Assembly (NCBI GenBank): GCA_963727485.1
Contig: CAVSGM010000002.1
Coordinates: 1,248,001 to 1,312,000, forward strand
Reading direction: 5' to 3'
Source of the DNA: an uncultured delta proteobacterium
Lineage (GTDB): Bacteria > Myxococcota > Myxococcia > SLRQ01
DNA: 64,000 nt
Part shown: one piece after another, positions 48,394-57,749 of the stretch
Position numbering within the stretch: the stretch's first letter is position 1
Layout: each line of letters opens with the position of its first letter
Position numbers and translations under genes: made by a program
The notes under the pieces: generated by a model
What the model was told of the DNA's origin: nothing
Seen by the model: only the letters and a program-made list of their open reading frames with translations
Database searches by the model: none

Positions 48394-50216
48394 GGGCGGA
48401 CCTCGGCGGGGGGCGGCGCGGCCCCGGGGATGGTCGCGGTCACCTCGGCGTCGATCTGCCGGGTCAACGCCTGGAAGCCCGACAGGGCGTCGTCCCCGAG
48501 GGTCGACCGCGCCCGCTCGATCTTCGCCACCACCGCAAGGGCCGCCAGATCGGTGGCCATCGCCCCGGCCTCGATGGCCGCCATCCCCGCGTCGTGGAAG
48601 TGGAGGAGGAGCTCGAGGAGGGCGAGCTGCCGGGCCGGGGCGCAGTAGCTGTCCACCGGGTCGTAGGCGTTCTGGCGGAGGAAGCCCTCGTCGAAGAGGG
48701 CGGCGAGGCGCAGCAGGAAGCGCTGGCGATCGGGGAGCCCCTCGGCGCCGATGAGCCGGGCGGTGCGCTCCACCTGGGCCGCCGCCTCGAGGAGCGAGAG
48801 CGCCTGCTGGCGGCGCGCCGGCCAGCTCGGCCCCACCTCGCCGACCCACCAGTCCACCAGGGCGTCGGGGATCTGGGCGTAGCTGGCGGTGATCGACACC
48901 GCCGGGAACACCCGCGCCTCGGCCCGGGCCTTGTCCAGGGTCCAGAAGGTCGGGGTGAAGGCCTGGGTGTGGCGGGTCACCGGCTCGGTGAGGTCGCCGC
49001 CCGGCGGGGAGATGGCGGAGATGAGGCTCACCGATCCGGTGTCGCCGGCCAGCGTGGTCACCCGCCCGGCGCGCTCGTAGAAGGCGGCCAGCCGGCTCTG
49101 GAGGTAGGGCGGGTAGCCCTCCTCGGCGGGCATCTCCTCGAGGCGCCCGCTGATCTCCCGCAGCGCCTCGGCCCACCTCGAGGTGGAGTCGGAGAGCATC
49201 GCCACCCGGTAGCCCATGTCCCGGAAGTACTCGGCGAGGGTGACCCCGGTGTAGATCGACGCCTCCCGGGCCGAGACCGGCATGTTGGAGGTGTTGGCCA
49301 CGAGGACGGTGCGCTCGGCCAGCGGCCTCCCGGTGCGGGGATCGGCGAGCCCGGGGAGCTCCCGGAGCATCCTCGTCATCTCGTTGCCGCGCTCGCCGCA
49401 GCCCACGAAGACGATGACGTCGGCGTCGGCCCACTTCACCAGCTGGTGCTGGAGCACGGTCTTGCCGGTGCCGAAGCCCCCCGGGAGCCCGGCGGCGCCG
49501 CCCTCGGGGATGGGGAAGAAGGTGTCGAGGACCCGCTGGCCGGTGACCAGGGGCAGCCCCGGGCGCAGGTGCGCGGCCACCGGGCGGGCGCGCCGGACCC
49601 GCCAGGTCTGGCGCATGGGGACCGCCACCTCGCCGCCGGGGCCGGCGCCGTCGTCGCCCTCCGCGCCGACGCGCAGGCGGATGACCGGCTCGGCGACGGT
49701 GTAGGGCCCGGCCGCGGCCACGAAGGTCACCGTCCCCGAGAGCCCCGGGGGGAGGAGCACCTTGTGGGTCAGGGTCTCGGTCTCGGGGACGGTGCCGAGG
49801 ACGGCGCCGCCTTCGAGGCGATCCCCCACGGCGACCGCCGGGGTGAACGCCCAGCGCCGCTCGGGATCGAGGGCCGCCACGTGGCTCCCCCGGCCCAGCA
49901 GGTCCCCCTCGAGGGCGGCGAGGCGCGCCAGGGGCCGCTGCACCCCGTCGTAGACCGTGCCCAGGAGCCCCGGCCCCAGCTCCACGGTCAGCGGCTCGCC
50001 GGTGGCCACGAAGGGCGCCCCCGGGGCGAGGCCGCTGGTGTCCTCGTAGATCTGGGCGACGACCTGGTCGCCCTCGAGGGCGATGGCCTCCCCGAGGAGC
50101 GAGTCCTCGCCCACCCGCACCACCTCGCCGAGGGCCACCGCCCGGGTACAGCGGGCCCGGACCACGGCGCCGTTGACCTCGACCACGGTGCCGGCGATGT
50201 CGGCCCTGGGGCTCAT
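48390..50216 (-). CDS. A/V-type ATP synthase catalytic subunit A
   Basis: Walker A PGGFGTGKT, GCGERGNEM, NTSNMPV.AREASIYTG, DSTSRWAEALREISGRLEEMP. Confidence 0.96.
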   Translation of the reverse strand: MSPRADIAGTVVEVNGAVVRARCTRAVALGEVVRVGEDSLLGEAIALEGDQVVAQIYEDTSGLAPGAPFVATGEPLTVELGPGLLGTVYDGVQRPLARLAALEGDLLGRGSHVAALDPERRWAFTPAVAVGDRLEGGAVLGTVPETETLTHKVLLPPGLSGTVTFVAAAGPYTVAEPVIRLRVGAEGDDGAGPGGEVAVPMRQTWRVRRARPVAAHLRPGLPLVTGQRVLDTFFPIPEGGAAGLPGGFGTGKTVLQHQLVKWADADVIVFVGCGERGNEMTRMLRELPGLADPRTGRPLAERTVLVANTSNMPVSAREASIYTGVTLAEYFRDMGYRVAMLSDSTSRWAEALREISGRLEEMPAEEGYPPYLQSRLAAFYERAGRVTTLAGDTGSVSLISAISPPGGDLTEPVTRHTQAFTPTFWTLDKARAEARVFPAVSITASYAQIPDALVDWWVGEVGPSWPARRQQALSLLEAAAQVERTARLIGAEGLPDRQRFLLRLAALFDEGFLRQNAYDPVDSYCAPARQLALLELLLHFHDAGMAAIEAGAMATDLAALAVVAKIERARSTLGDDALSGFQALTRQIDAEVTATIPGAAPPPAEVRP

Positions 50217-50809
50217 CGGGCGTAGCGCTCCACCAGGGCGGTGCGCCACACCGGCTCCAGGCGCTTGGCCCGGGCGGCGAAGGTGTTGTCGAAGGTGATG
50301 CGCCCCCCGGCGACCCGGACCCGGCACCCGCCGTCGGCCTCGCCCTCGACGATGCGCACCGCCCGCTTCCCGGTGGCGGCGGCGAGGCGGGCGGCGAAGG
50401 CGGCGTCGAGGGCGGCGGCGTCCTCCTCTCGGACCACCACCTCGGCCTCGTCCCCGGGCAGCCGCGGGAGGGCCTCGGCGGCGAGGCGGAAGATGCGCTC
50501 GGGGGCCGGGTCCAGCATCCCCGCGAGGCGCGCCCAGCCGGCGGCGACGGCGCGCTCGATCCACGCCGCCCGGGCCTCGATCCCCTCGCGGACGTCGAGC
50601 CAGTCCTCGTGGGCGAGGCGCTCGGTGGCGGCGCGGTGGGCGGCCTCGAGGCGGGCCCGCCTCACCTCGCCGCCGGCCCCGGGCGCCGGGACCGCGGCGT
50701 CGGCCCGGGCCAGCGCCGCGGCGGCCTCGGCCTCGACGGCGGCGACCTTCGCCTCCGCCTCGGCGCCGATGGCGGCGAGCACCGCGGGCACGCTCCCCAG
50801 CTCCCTCAC
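50213..50809 (-). CDS. A/V-type ATP synthase subunit E
   Basis: Coiled-coil N-terminus, GGCRV...ITFDNTF; position upstream of subunit A. Confidence 0.75.
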   Translation of the reverse strand: MRELGSVPAVLAAIGAEAEAKVAAVEAEAAAALARADAAVPAPGAGGEVRRARLEAAHRAATERLAHEDWLDVREGIEARAAWIERAVAAGWARLAGMLDPAPERIFRLAAEALPRLPGDEAEVVVREEDAAALDAAFAARLAAATGKRAVRIVEGEADGGCRVRVAGGRITFDNTFAARAKRLEPVWRTALVERYAR

Positions 50810-51066
50810 GGCACCCCCCCGGCCCCGAGCTCGGGGAGCACCAGGAGCACCGGGCCCTCGGCGCGGTCGAGGAGGGCGGCGAGGCGCGCGGGGACGAGCG
50901 CCGCCACCGGGGCGGAGATCAGCACCAGGGCGAGGTCCTCGGCCTCGGCCTCCACCTGGTCGAACGCGGCCTCGGCCTCGGCGCGGGTCCGGCACACCGT
51001 CCCCTCGACCCCGGCGAGGCGGCCGCCGCGGACGTCCCCCTCGGTGCCGACGATGCGCGCCCTCAT
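50806..51066 (-). CDS. A/V-type ATP synthase subunit F
   Basis: IVG..D..G.RLAGVEG...LVLIS...P.LLVLP. Confidence 0.8.
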   Translation of the reverse strand: MRARIVGTEGDVRGGRLAGVEGTVCRTRAEAEAAFDQVEAEAEDLALVLISAPVAALVPARLAALLDRAEGPVLLVLPELGAGGVP

Positions 51067-51436
51067 CCGACCCGCCCCAGGATCATGATGGCGATGATGA
51101 GGCCGTAGATGGCGATGCCCTCGGCCAGCCCCACGAAGACGATGGCCCGGCCCGCGGTCTCGGGCTTCTCGGCCACCGCCCCCATGGCGGCGCCGCCGAC
51201 CACCGCCACCGCGTAGGCGGCGCCCACCGCCGAGAGCCCGGCGACCAGGGCCGCGGCGAGAAACGCCCACTTCACCACCTCGGGGTTCGAGGTGACGCTC
51301 GCCGCCGCGCCGCCGCGGCCGCCGTGGGCGCGGCGTGCTGGGCCAGGGCCGGGAAGGCCACCACGACCAGCACCAGCGGCGAGAGCACCACCAGCGCGAG
51401 GAGCGCGAGGCGAACGGGATGGACGGGCCGGGTCAT
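51063..51436 (-). CDS. A/V-type ATP synthase subunit K/c (proteolipid), with a frameshift near 51300-51325
   Basis: GAVAEKPE..GRAIVFVGLAEGIAIYGL; ATG overlapping the subunit I stop gives 374 nt, so one base appears missing. Confidence 0.85.
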
Positions 51437-53430
51437 GGCGATTCCCCCTTGGGCGGAGCTTCGCGGCGCAGGGCCAGGGGCCGATAGGCCTCGCCCCCGC
51501 CGTGGAAGAACTTGCTGAAGAACTCGTAGTACTCGAGGCGCAGCACCTGGACCGACACCGTGAGGCCCTCGAGGAAGATGACCACCGCGTTGCCGATGAT
51601 CAGCACCAGGACCTTCAGGGGCCCGGAGAAGGGCACGTTCGCCAGGGTGTCGGCGACGGCGAAGAGGGCGATGAAGATCCCGGCGTGGACCGCGGCGAAG
51701 GCGGCGATGCGCACGAAGCTCACGGTGTTGGCGAGGAAGCCGAAGAGGGTGTCGACGATCTCCACCGACCCCTCCAGGGCCCGGAGCCACAGGGGGCCGG
51801 CGACCTTCTCCGGGCGGCGGCGGTCGCGGTCGAGGTGGCGGACCAACAGCGGCCGGAGCAGGAGCAGCGCCACCGGCACCGAGAGCAGCGCCACCAGCGC
51901 CCAGGGCGGCAGGGTGAGGGTCCCGGGCATCATCGCCCGCACCACCAGGAGCAGCCCCACCCAGTAGAGGGTGGCGCCGAGGAGGCCGTGGGGGCCGAAG
52001 AGGGCGCTCGCCTTCTCCCCCCGGCGCCAGGTGTTGATCACCCCGAGGATGAGGCCGCCGCTGACCAGCACCACCCCGAAGATCACCGCGATGATCATGA
52101 AGCTGTTGAGGTCGCGCAGCGGCTCCATCCAGATCACCGGGAGCAGCCCCTCGATGCCGAACAAGCTCCCGTAGAGGAAGCCGAAGACCACCGAGGCCGC
52201 CGCCGCCTCCATGAGCAGGATCCCGTAGTCGAGGAAGCGCGGGAAGTAGCGGAAGAGGAGGAAGCCGGCGCTGAAGATCACCGCCCCGTGGCCCACGTCC
52301 CCGAACATCAGGCCGAACATGATGAGGAAGGTGAGGGCGAAGAACGCCGTGGGCTCCATCTCCTGGTAGCTGGGGGTGCCGTAGAGGCGGACCAGGCGCT
52401 GGAAGGGCCGGAGCAGGAGGGGGTTTCGGTGGAGGATGGGGACCTTGAGGACGCCGGAGGTGACCTCGGGGAGCTGCTCGGGGGCCTCGAGATCGACCAC
52501 CGCGCGCCCCTCGGTGGCCCGCTCGAGGAGGCGGCGCATCCGCTCGGCGCTCTCCTCGGGGATCCAGCCGGAGATCACGGTGAACCGCCCGGAGGTGGCG
52601 AAGAGGGTCTGGGCCTGGAGCAGGAGCACCGCGGTGTCGCCCCGGGCGAGGAGGCTGGTGAGGGTGTCGGCGTGGGCGGCGCGCTGGGACGCGAGGGCGT
52701 CGGCGGCGTCGGCGGCCTCTTGCTCGGCGGCCTCGAGGCGACCCTTCAGGACCTGGGGATCCCAGCCGGTGGCGGCGTCGGGGAGCGGCACCGTCTCGAA
52801 GGGGACCACCCGCAACGCGTCGTCGAGGCGGGCCTGCCCCGAGGTGGGGACGCAGACCGCGGCCAGCACCGGGGGGCCGGCCTCGTCGAGGGGGAGGAGG
52901 GCGAAGGGCGCCGGCTGGAGGAGCGAGGCGAGGCCCTCGAGGGCCTCCTCCTCGGCGAGGCCGAGGCGCACGGTGGTGAAGGCGAGGCCCGCGAGGCGCG
53001 CCGGGTCGAGGCGCACCGAGGCCAGGCGCCGGGCCTGGGTGAGGAGGGTCCGGGTGCGGTCCATGGTCTCCCGGGCGTCGCTGTGGCGGTGCCAGGCGGC
53101 GTCCACCGCGTGCTCGATGGGCGCGAGCACCGCCTCCAGGCGATCGCGCTCGGCGGCGAGGTCGGCGGCGGCCTGGGGCTCGAGGCGCCCCACCGGCTCC
53201 GGGGGCGGCACCGAGAGGCGGGCGGCCACCTGGCGCAGGCGCCGGGTGAGGTCGCGGAAGGCGGCGAGGAGCTCCCGGGTCCCCGGGGGCGCGGCGTCGC
53301 CGGTGACCCGGCCGTGGGCGATGTCGACCAGGTGGAGGAGGCCCTCGTCGGCGATGGAGCGCGCCGCCCGGGTGGCGTCGGCGTTGGGGACCTGCACCCG
53401 CATGTGGATCATGGGGACCGGGCGGAACAT
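51433..53430 (-). CDS. A/V-type ATP synthase subunit I/a
   Basis: GWIP, FGLMFGDVGHG, GFLYGS.FG, NTVSFVRIAAF, LRLEYYEFFSKFF. Confidence 0.95.
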   Translation of the reverse strand: MFRPVPMIHMRVQVPNADATRAARSIADEGLLHLVDIAHGRVTGDAAPPGTRELLAAFRDLTRRLRQVAARLSVPPPEPVGRLEPQAAADLAAERDRLEAVLAPIEHAVDAAWHRHSDARETMDRTRTLLTQARRLASVRLDPARLAGLAFTTVRLGLAEEEALEGLASLLQPAPFALLPLDEAGPPVLAAVCVPTSGQARLDDALRVVPFETVPLPDAATGWDPQVLKGRLEAAEQEAADAADALASQRAAHADTLTSLLARGDTAVLLLQAQTLFATSGRFTVISGWIPEESAERMRRLLERATEGRAVVDLEAPEQLPEVTSGVLKVPILHRNPLLLRPFQRLVRLYGTPSYQEMEPTAFFALTFLIMFGLMFGDVGHGAVIFSAGFLLFRYFPRFLDYGILLMEAAAASVVFGFLYGSLFGIEGLLPVIWMEPLRDLNSFMIIAVIFGVVLVSGGLILGVINTWRRGEKASALFGPHGLLGATLYWVGLLLVVRAMMPGTLTLPPWALVALLSVPVALLLLRPLLVRHLDRDRRRPEKVAGPLWLRALEGSVEIVDTLFGFLANTVSFVRIAAFAAVHAGIFIALFAVADTLANVPFSGPLKVLVLIIGNAVVIFLEGLTVSVQVLRLEYYEFFSKFFHGGGEAYRPLALRREAPPKGESP

Positions 53431-53434
53431 CGGA

Positions 53435-54442
53435 TCAGGCCTCCATCGCCGAGGCGGCGAGGACGTCCTCGACCACCGGGGTGACCGCCGCGTCGCCCCC
53501 GGCCTCGGCGATCGCGGTCAGCCCCCGGACCTCGGCGGCGGCGAGGAGGGCGAAGGCGACGGGGGGCCCGAGGGTGAAGCCGCCGACCCGCAGGGCCCGG
53601 AGGCAGGCGGCCCGGCGCAGCTCGCGGCGGGCGGCGAGGAGGTCGTCGAAGGTGCCGACGCCCGCGGCGTCCCGGAGGATCGCCCGGGGGACCTTGGGGG
53701 CCAGGAGCCCCGGTTGCCCTGGGTGCTCGGCGAGGGCGCGCAGGGCCGCGGGGCGGACGCGCTCGGGGAGGTAGGCCAGCGCCCCCACCGCCGCCTCGGG
53801 GCCGAGGCCGTGGCGGCGGGCCCGGGCGAGGACCTCGAGATCCCGGTCGACCACCGCCTCGAGGGCGAGGCCGGCGGCGAGGTGCTCGGCGGCGGGGAGC
53901 GCCCGGGCGGCGTCGACCACCCGCCGGCCCGCCGCCTGGTCGAAGGCCAGCGCCGCCGCCGGGAGGTCCGCCTCGTGGGTGCGCCACGCGGTCCTGGCCA
54001 CCTCGCCCCAGGGGGTCCGCGACACCGCGTCGCGGACCTCGTGGAGCGCGCCGAGCCCCTGGAAGTGCTCGGGGTGGAGGGTGGCCGCCGGGCCGAGGTC
54101 CCGGAAGTCCGGGCGCCAGCGGGGCGCCGGGATCCGCCGGGCCACCGCCCGCCACCCCAGCTTGAGGTTCTCCACCTCCTCGAGGCCGGCGAGGGCCTGG
54201 AAGAGGGCGGCGGCGTCGGGGTAGAGGCGGGCGAGCTTGTGGAGCCGGGCGCCGAGGCGGGCGTCGAGGATCCGCCTGGTGGCGGCGGCGTCGGCGGCGT
54301 CGAGGCCCAGGGCCTCGAAGGCGCTCGCCACGCCCCGCGCGCCCCCGGCGCCCCGGAGCACCAGGGCGGTCTCCGGGGCGACCAGCCGCCCCCGCATCGC
54401 CCGGACCCGGGCCAGGGCGTAGGCGCGCCAGCCGAGGCTCAA
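53435..54442 (-). CDS. A/V-type ATP synthase subunit C/d
   Basis: YALARVRAMRGRL N-terminus, EVENLK, EVRGLT; TTG start coupled to the upstream stop. Confidence 0.75.
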   Translation of the reverse strand: MSLGWRAYALARVRAMRGRLVAPETALVLRGAGGARGVASAFEALGLDAADAAATRRILDARLGARLHKLARLYPDAAALFQALAGLEEVENLKLGWRAVARRIPAPRWRPDFRDLGPAATLHPEHFQGLGALHEVRDAVSRTPWGEVARTAWRTHEADLPAAALAFDQAAGRRVVDAARALPAAEHLAAGLALEAVVDRDLEVLARARRHGLGPEAAVGALAYLPERVRPAALRALAEHPGQPGLLAPKVPRAILRDAAGVGTFDDLLAARRELRRAACLRALRVGGFTLGPPVAFALLAAAEVRGLTAIAEAGGDAAVTPVVEDVLAASAMEA

Positions 54443-54804
54443 GGCTCGCCCTCCCCGGCCGGGGCGACCCGCGCCTCGGCCCCGTCGCCGGCCTCGAGGC
54501 CGAGGACGATGGCGGCGAAGCGCGCCGCGGCGTCGTCGAGGACCGCCTCGGCGGCGGCCTCCCGCTCGGCGAGACGCAGCTTCCGGGCGGCCCGCTTCTG
54601 CGCCGCCGCCTGCTCCCCCGCGGCCTCGATCGCCGCCACCTCGTCCTCGAGGTCGGTGGCGGCCTGGTCGTCAGCGCGGGCCCGTGCCGCCTCCCGCTCG
54701 ACCTGGGCCTGCGCCAGACGCGACCGGGCCTGGGCCTCGGCCGCCGCCAGGCGACTGCGCCACACCTCGTCCTCGGAGAGGATTGCCTCGAGCTCGGACG
54801 TCAT
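54439..54804 (-). CDS. Probable A/V-type ATP synthase peripheral-stalk subunit G/H
   Basis: Ala/Glu-rich coiled coil of 121 aa at the head of the ATPase genes. Confidence 0.6.
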   Translation of the reverse strand: MTSELEAILSEDEVWRSRLAAAEAQARSRLAQAQVEREAARARADDQAATDLEDEVAAIEAAGEQAAAQKRAARKLRLAEREAAAEAVLDDAAARFAAIVLGLEAGDGAEARVAPAGEGEP

Positions 54805-54807
54805 GGC

Positions 54808-55521
54808 TCATCCCGTCTGCCCCGCCGCCACCGGCAGGGCCTCCGGCCGTCTCCCCCGGAGCCAGTCTAGCCACGCCTCGAGCCCCTCGCCGGTCTTCGC
54901 CGAGATCCGGATCACCTTGGGATCGGGCATCACCGTGGCGAGCCCCTGCTCGAGGGCCTCGAGGTCGGTGCCCAGGTAGGGCACCAGGTCGATCTTGGTC
55001 AGGAGCACCAGGTCGGCCTTCTGGAACATCACCGGGTACTTCACCGGCTTGTCCTCGCCCTCGGTCACCGAGAGGGCGACCACGTTGGCGTGCTGCCCCA
55101 GATCGTAGATCGCCGGGCACACCAGGTTGCCCACGTTCTCGATGAAGAACAGGTCGGTGCCCTCGAGGGGCAGGTCGTGGAGGGCGTGGTGGACCATCTC
55201 CGCGTCGAGGTGGCACGCCGAGCCGGTGGTGATCGAGCGCGCGGTGATCCCCGCGGCCTCGAGGCGGCTGGCGTCGTGGTCGGTGGCGAGGTCCCCGCTG
55301 ACCCCCGAGAGGCGCCACTGGCCGGCCAGCGCCTTCGCCGTCGCCTCCAGGACCGCGGTCTTCCCGGCGCCGGGGGAGCCCATGAGGTTGAGGGCCAGCA
55401 CCCCGTGCCCCTGGAAGTGGGCCCGGTTGTGGGCCGCGGTGCGGTCGTTGACCGCGAGGATCCGCTCGTGGACCTCCACCGGCACCAGCTCGGTGTCGCC
55501 ACAGCCACAGGTGTCACACAT
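54808..55521 (-). CDS. hypB: Hydrogenase nickel-insertion GTPase
   Basis: MCDTCGC, GSPGAGKT, CHLDA, ENVGNLVCP, TEGEDKP.KYP, TKID. Confidence 0.95.
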   Translation of the reverse strand: MCDTCGCGDTELVPVEVHERILAVNDRTAAHNRAHFQGHGVLALNLMGSPGAGKTAVLEATAKALAGQWRLSGVSGDLATDHDASRLEAAGITARSITTGSACHLDAEMVHHALHDLPLEGTDLFFIENVGNLVCPAIYDLGQHANVVALSVTEGEDKPVKYPVMFQKADLVLLTKIDLVPYLGTDLEALEQGLATVMPDPKVIRISAKTGEGLEAWLDWLRGRRPEALPVAAGQTG

Positions 55522-55864
55522 GATCGGGTGCCTCCATCTCGATGCGATCGAGGAAGATGTCGTCGCCCTCGGCGAGGCTCGCCGGGATCGCGCACTCGGG
55601 GCAGCGCAGGATCTGGCCCCGGGGAATTGCCAGATGGCATCTCGGGCACTGCCACTTGGCAGGCACCCGGTGCACCACCAGCTCGGCCCCCCCGCAGAGG
55701 CCGCCCACCTTGAAGGTGTCGAAGGCGGTGGTCAGCAGATCGATCTCCACCCCGCTGACCTCGCCGATGCGCACCTCGAGGCGCCGCACCTCGGTGGCCC
55801 CGACCCGCTGGGCCTCGAGGGTCACCCGCTCCATCAGCGAGGCGACGATGCTGTACTCGTGCAT
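55514..55864 (-). CDS. hypA: Hydrogenase nickel metallochaperone
   Basis: MHEYSI, CPRC...CPEC. Confidence 0.95.
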   Translation of the reverse strand: MHEYSIVASLMERVTLEAQRVGATEVRRLEVRIGEVSGVEIDLLTTAFDTFKVGGLCGGAELVVHRVPAKWQCPRCHLAIPRGQILRCPECAIPASLAEGDDIFLDRIEMEAPDHV

Positions 55865-56711
55865 CTACTTCCCCTCGAAGGTGGGGGCGCGCTTGGCGAA
55901 GAAGGCGTCGAGGCCCTCGGCGAAGTCGGCGGAGTCGGCGGAGTGCCACAGGGCCTCGAGCTCCCGGTCGAGGTGGACGTCGAGGCGCTCGCCGCCCGCC
56001 GACTCGTTCATCAGCCGCTTGGCGGCGGCGTAGGCGGCGGTGGGCCCGGCGGCGAGGCGGCGGGCCAGCGCCAGGCTCTCCGCCTCGAACTCGGCGTCGG
56101 AGAACACGGCGCTCACCAGGCCCATCTCCCGGGCCTCCCGGGCGGAGAGCCTCGGGTTGAGCAACGCGAGATCGAGGGCCCGGCGCAGCCCCACCAGCTT
56201 GGGGAGGAAGAAGGTGTTCGACTCGGCGCCGGAGAGCCCGGTCTTGAAGTAGGCGTACTCGAAGACCGAGCGCTCGCTGGCCACCACCAGGTCGCAGCAC
56301 AGGGCGAGGCCCATGCCCCCGGCGGCGCAGGCCCCGTCCACCGCGGCGATGAACGGCTTGGGGGCCCGGCGGATCTCGGAGATGGTGGCGTGGAGGTACT
56401 CGAGGATTCTGCTTGAACACCTCGCCGTAGCCCTCGGGGGTCTGGTGCGCCTCGGGGTGGAGGTAGCCGAGGTCGCCCGAGTCGCCGCCGCCGCGGATGT
56501 ACTTGAGGTCGGCGCCGCTGCAGAACACGCCCCCGGTGCCCCGGAGCACCACGCAGCGCACCTCCCGGTCCCGGGCGAAGGCGAGGCCCGCGTGGCGCAG
56601 CTCCCGGGCGGTGTCGCAGTCGAAGCTGTTGAGCCGATCGCGCCGGTCGATGGTGATGACCCCCACCGCGCCGTCCCGGGTCATGCGGATGTGGTCCATC
56701 CTGGCGGGCAT
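55865..56711 (-). CDS. Enoyl-CoA hydratase/isomerase (crotonase-fold) protein, with a frameshift near 56410
   Basis: RLNSF, FCSGADLK, PKPFIAAVDGACAAGGMGLALCCD, FAEGLDAFFAKRAPTFEG; ATG overlaps the hypE stop and the TAG abuts the hypA ATG. Confidence 0.85.
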
Positions 56712-57749
56712 CAGCAGATCCTCGGCAGGGGCTCGCCCTCGGGCTCGGTGAGGATCCGGCGGCCGAAGCCGGTGTCGAGGATCACCTGGCCCACGTGGGT
56801 CTGAAGGCAGGTGCCGACGATGGCCGCCTGCCGGCCCAGCGGGTGCTCGCGCATCGCCGCCAGCACCTTCTCGGCGGCCTCGGGCCGCACCCCGAACACC
56901 GCCTTGCCCTCGTTGGCCACGTGCAGCGGATCGATGCCCAGGATCTCCGCCACCGCCCGGACCTCCTCGGTGGTGGGCACCGCCCGCTCGTCGAGGAGGA
57001 TGCCCACGCCGCTCTTCTCCCCCATCTCGTGGAGGGCGCTGGAGAGCCCGCCCCGGGTGGGGTCCTTGAGGGCCACGATGTCCGCGCCCCCGGCGGCGAG
57101 CGCCAGGCGCACCAGGTCGTTGATGGGCGCCACGTCGCTCTCCAGATGCCCGTCGAGGTCGAGGTTCCCCCGCGCCGCCATCACCGCGAAGCCGTGGTCG
57201 CCCACGGTGCCGGTGACCAGGATCCGGTCGCCGGGCTTCAGGCCGCTGTCGGGGACCACCCGGTCGGCAAAGGCGACGCCGGCGGTGTTGATCACCAGGC
57301 CGTCGAGCTCGCCCTTGCCCATGACCTTGGTGTCGCCGGTGAGGATGGGCGCCCGCGCCGCCCGGGAGGTCTCGCGCATCGACACGTGGACCCGGGTCGA
57401 GGGTCTCGGTGTCGAAGCCCTCCTCGACGATGACCGCGCAGGTCAGCCCCAGCACCTCGGTGGCGCCCATCATCGCCAGGTCGTTCACCGTCCCCGACAC
57501 CGCCAGGCGCCCGATGTCGCCGCCGGGGAAGAAGAGCGGGTGGATGACGTGGGAGTCGGTGGTGATCACCAGGTAGCGATCGCCCACGCGGATCGCCGCG
57601 CCGTCGTCCATGGCGAGCGGCCCGATGCCGTCGACCTGAAGGTCCTGCATGTCCTCGAGGAAGACCTCCTCGATGAGGGCGCGCATGTGCCGCCCGCCGG
57701 CGCCGTACTTCATGGTCAGGCGCTTGTCCACGAAGGGTCTCGGTCTCAT
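56711..57749 (-). CDS. hypE: Carbamoyl dehydratase, with a frameshift near 57390
   Basis: TTDSHV, GGDIGRLAVSGTVNDLAMMGA, TGDTKV, DPTRGG, ANEGK, C-terminal LPRIC. Confidence 0.93.

Noticed and set aside
55865..56711. Crotonase as the missing MenB
   Set aside because: Has FCSGADL rather than MenB's FCSGGDQ, lacks other MenB signatures, and lies 30 kb away in the hyp operon
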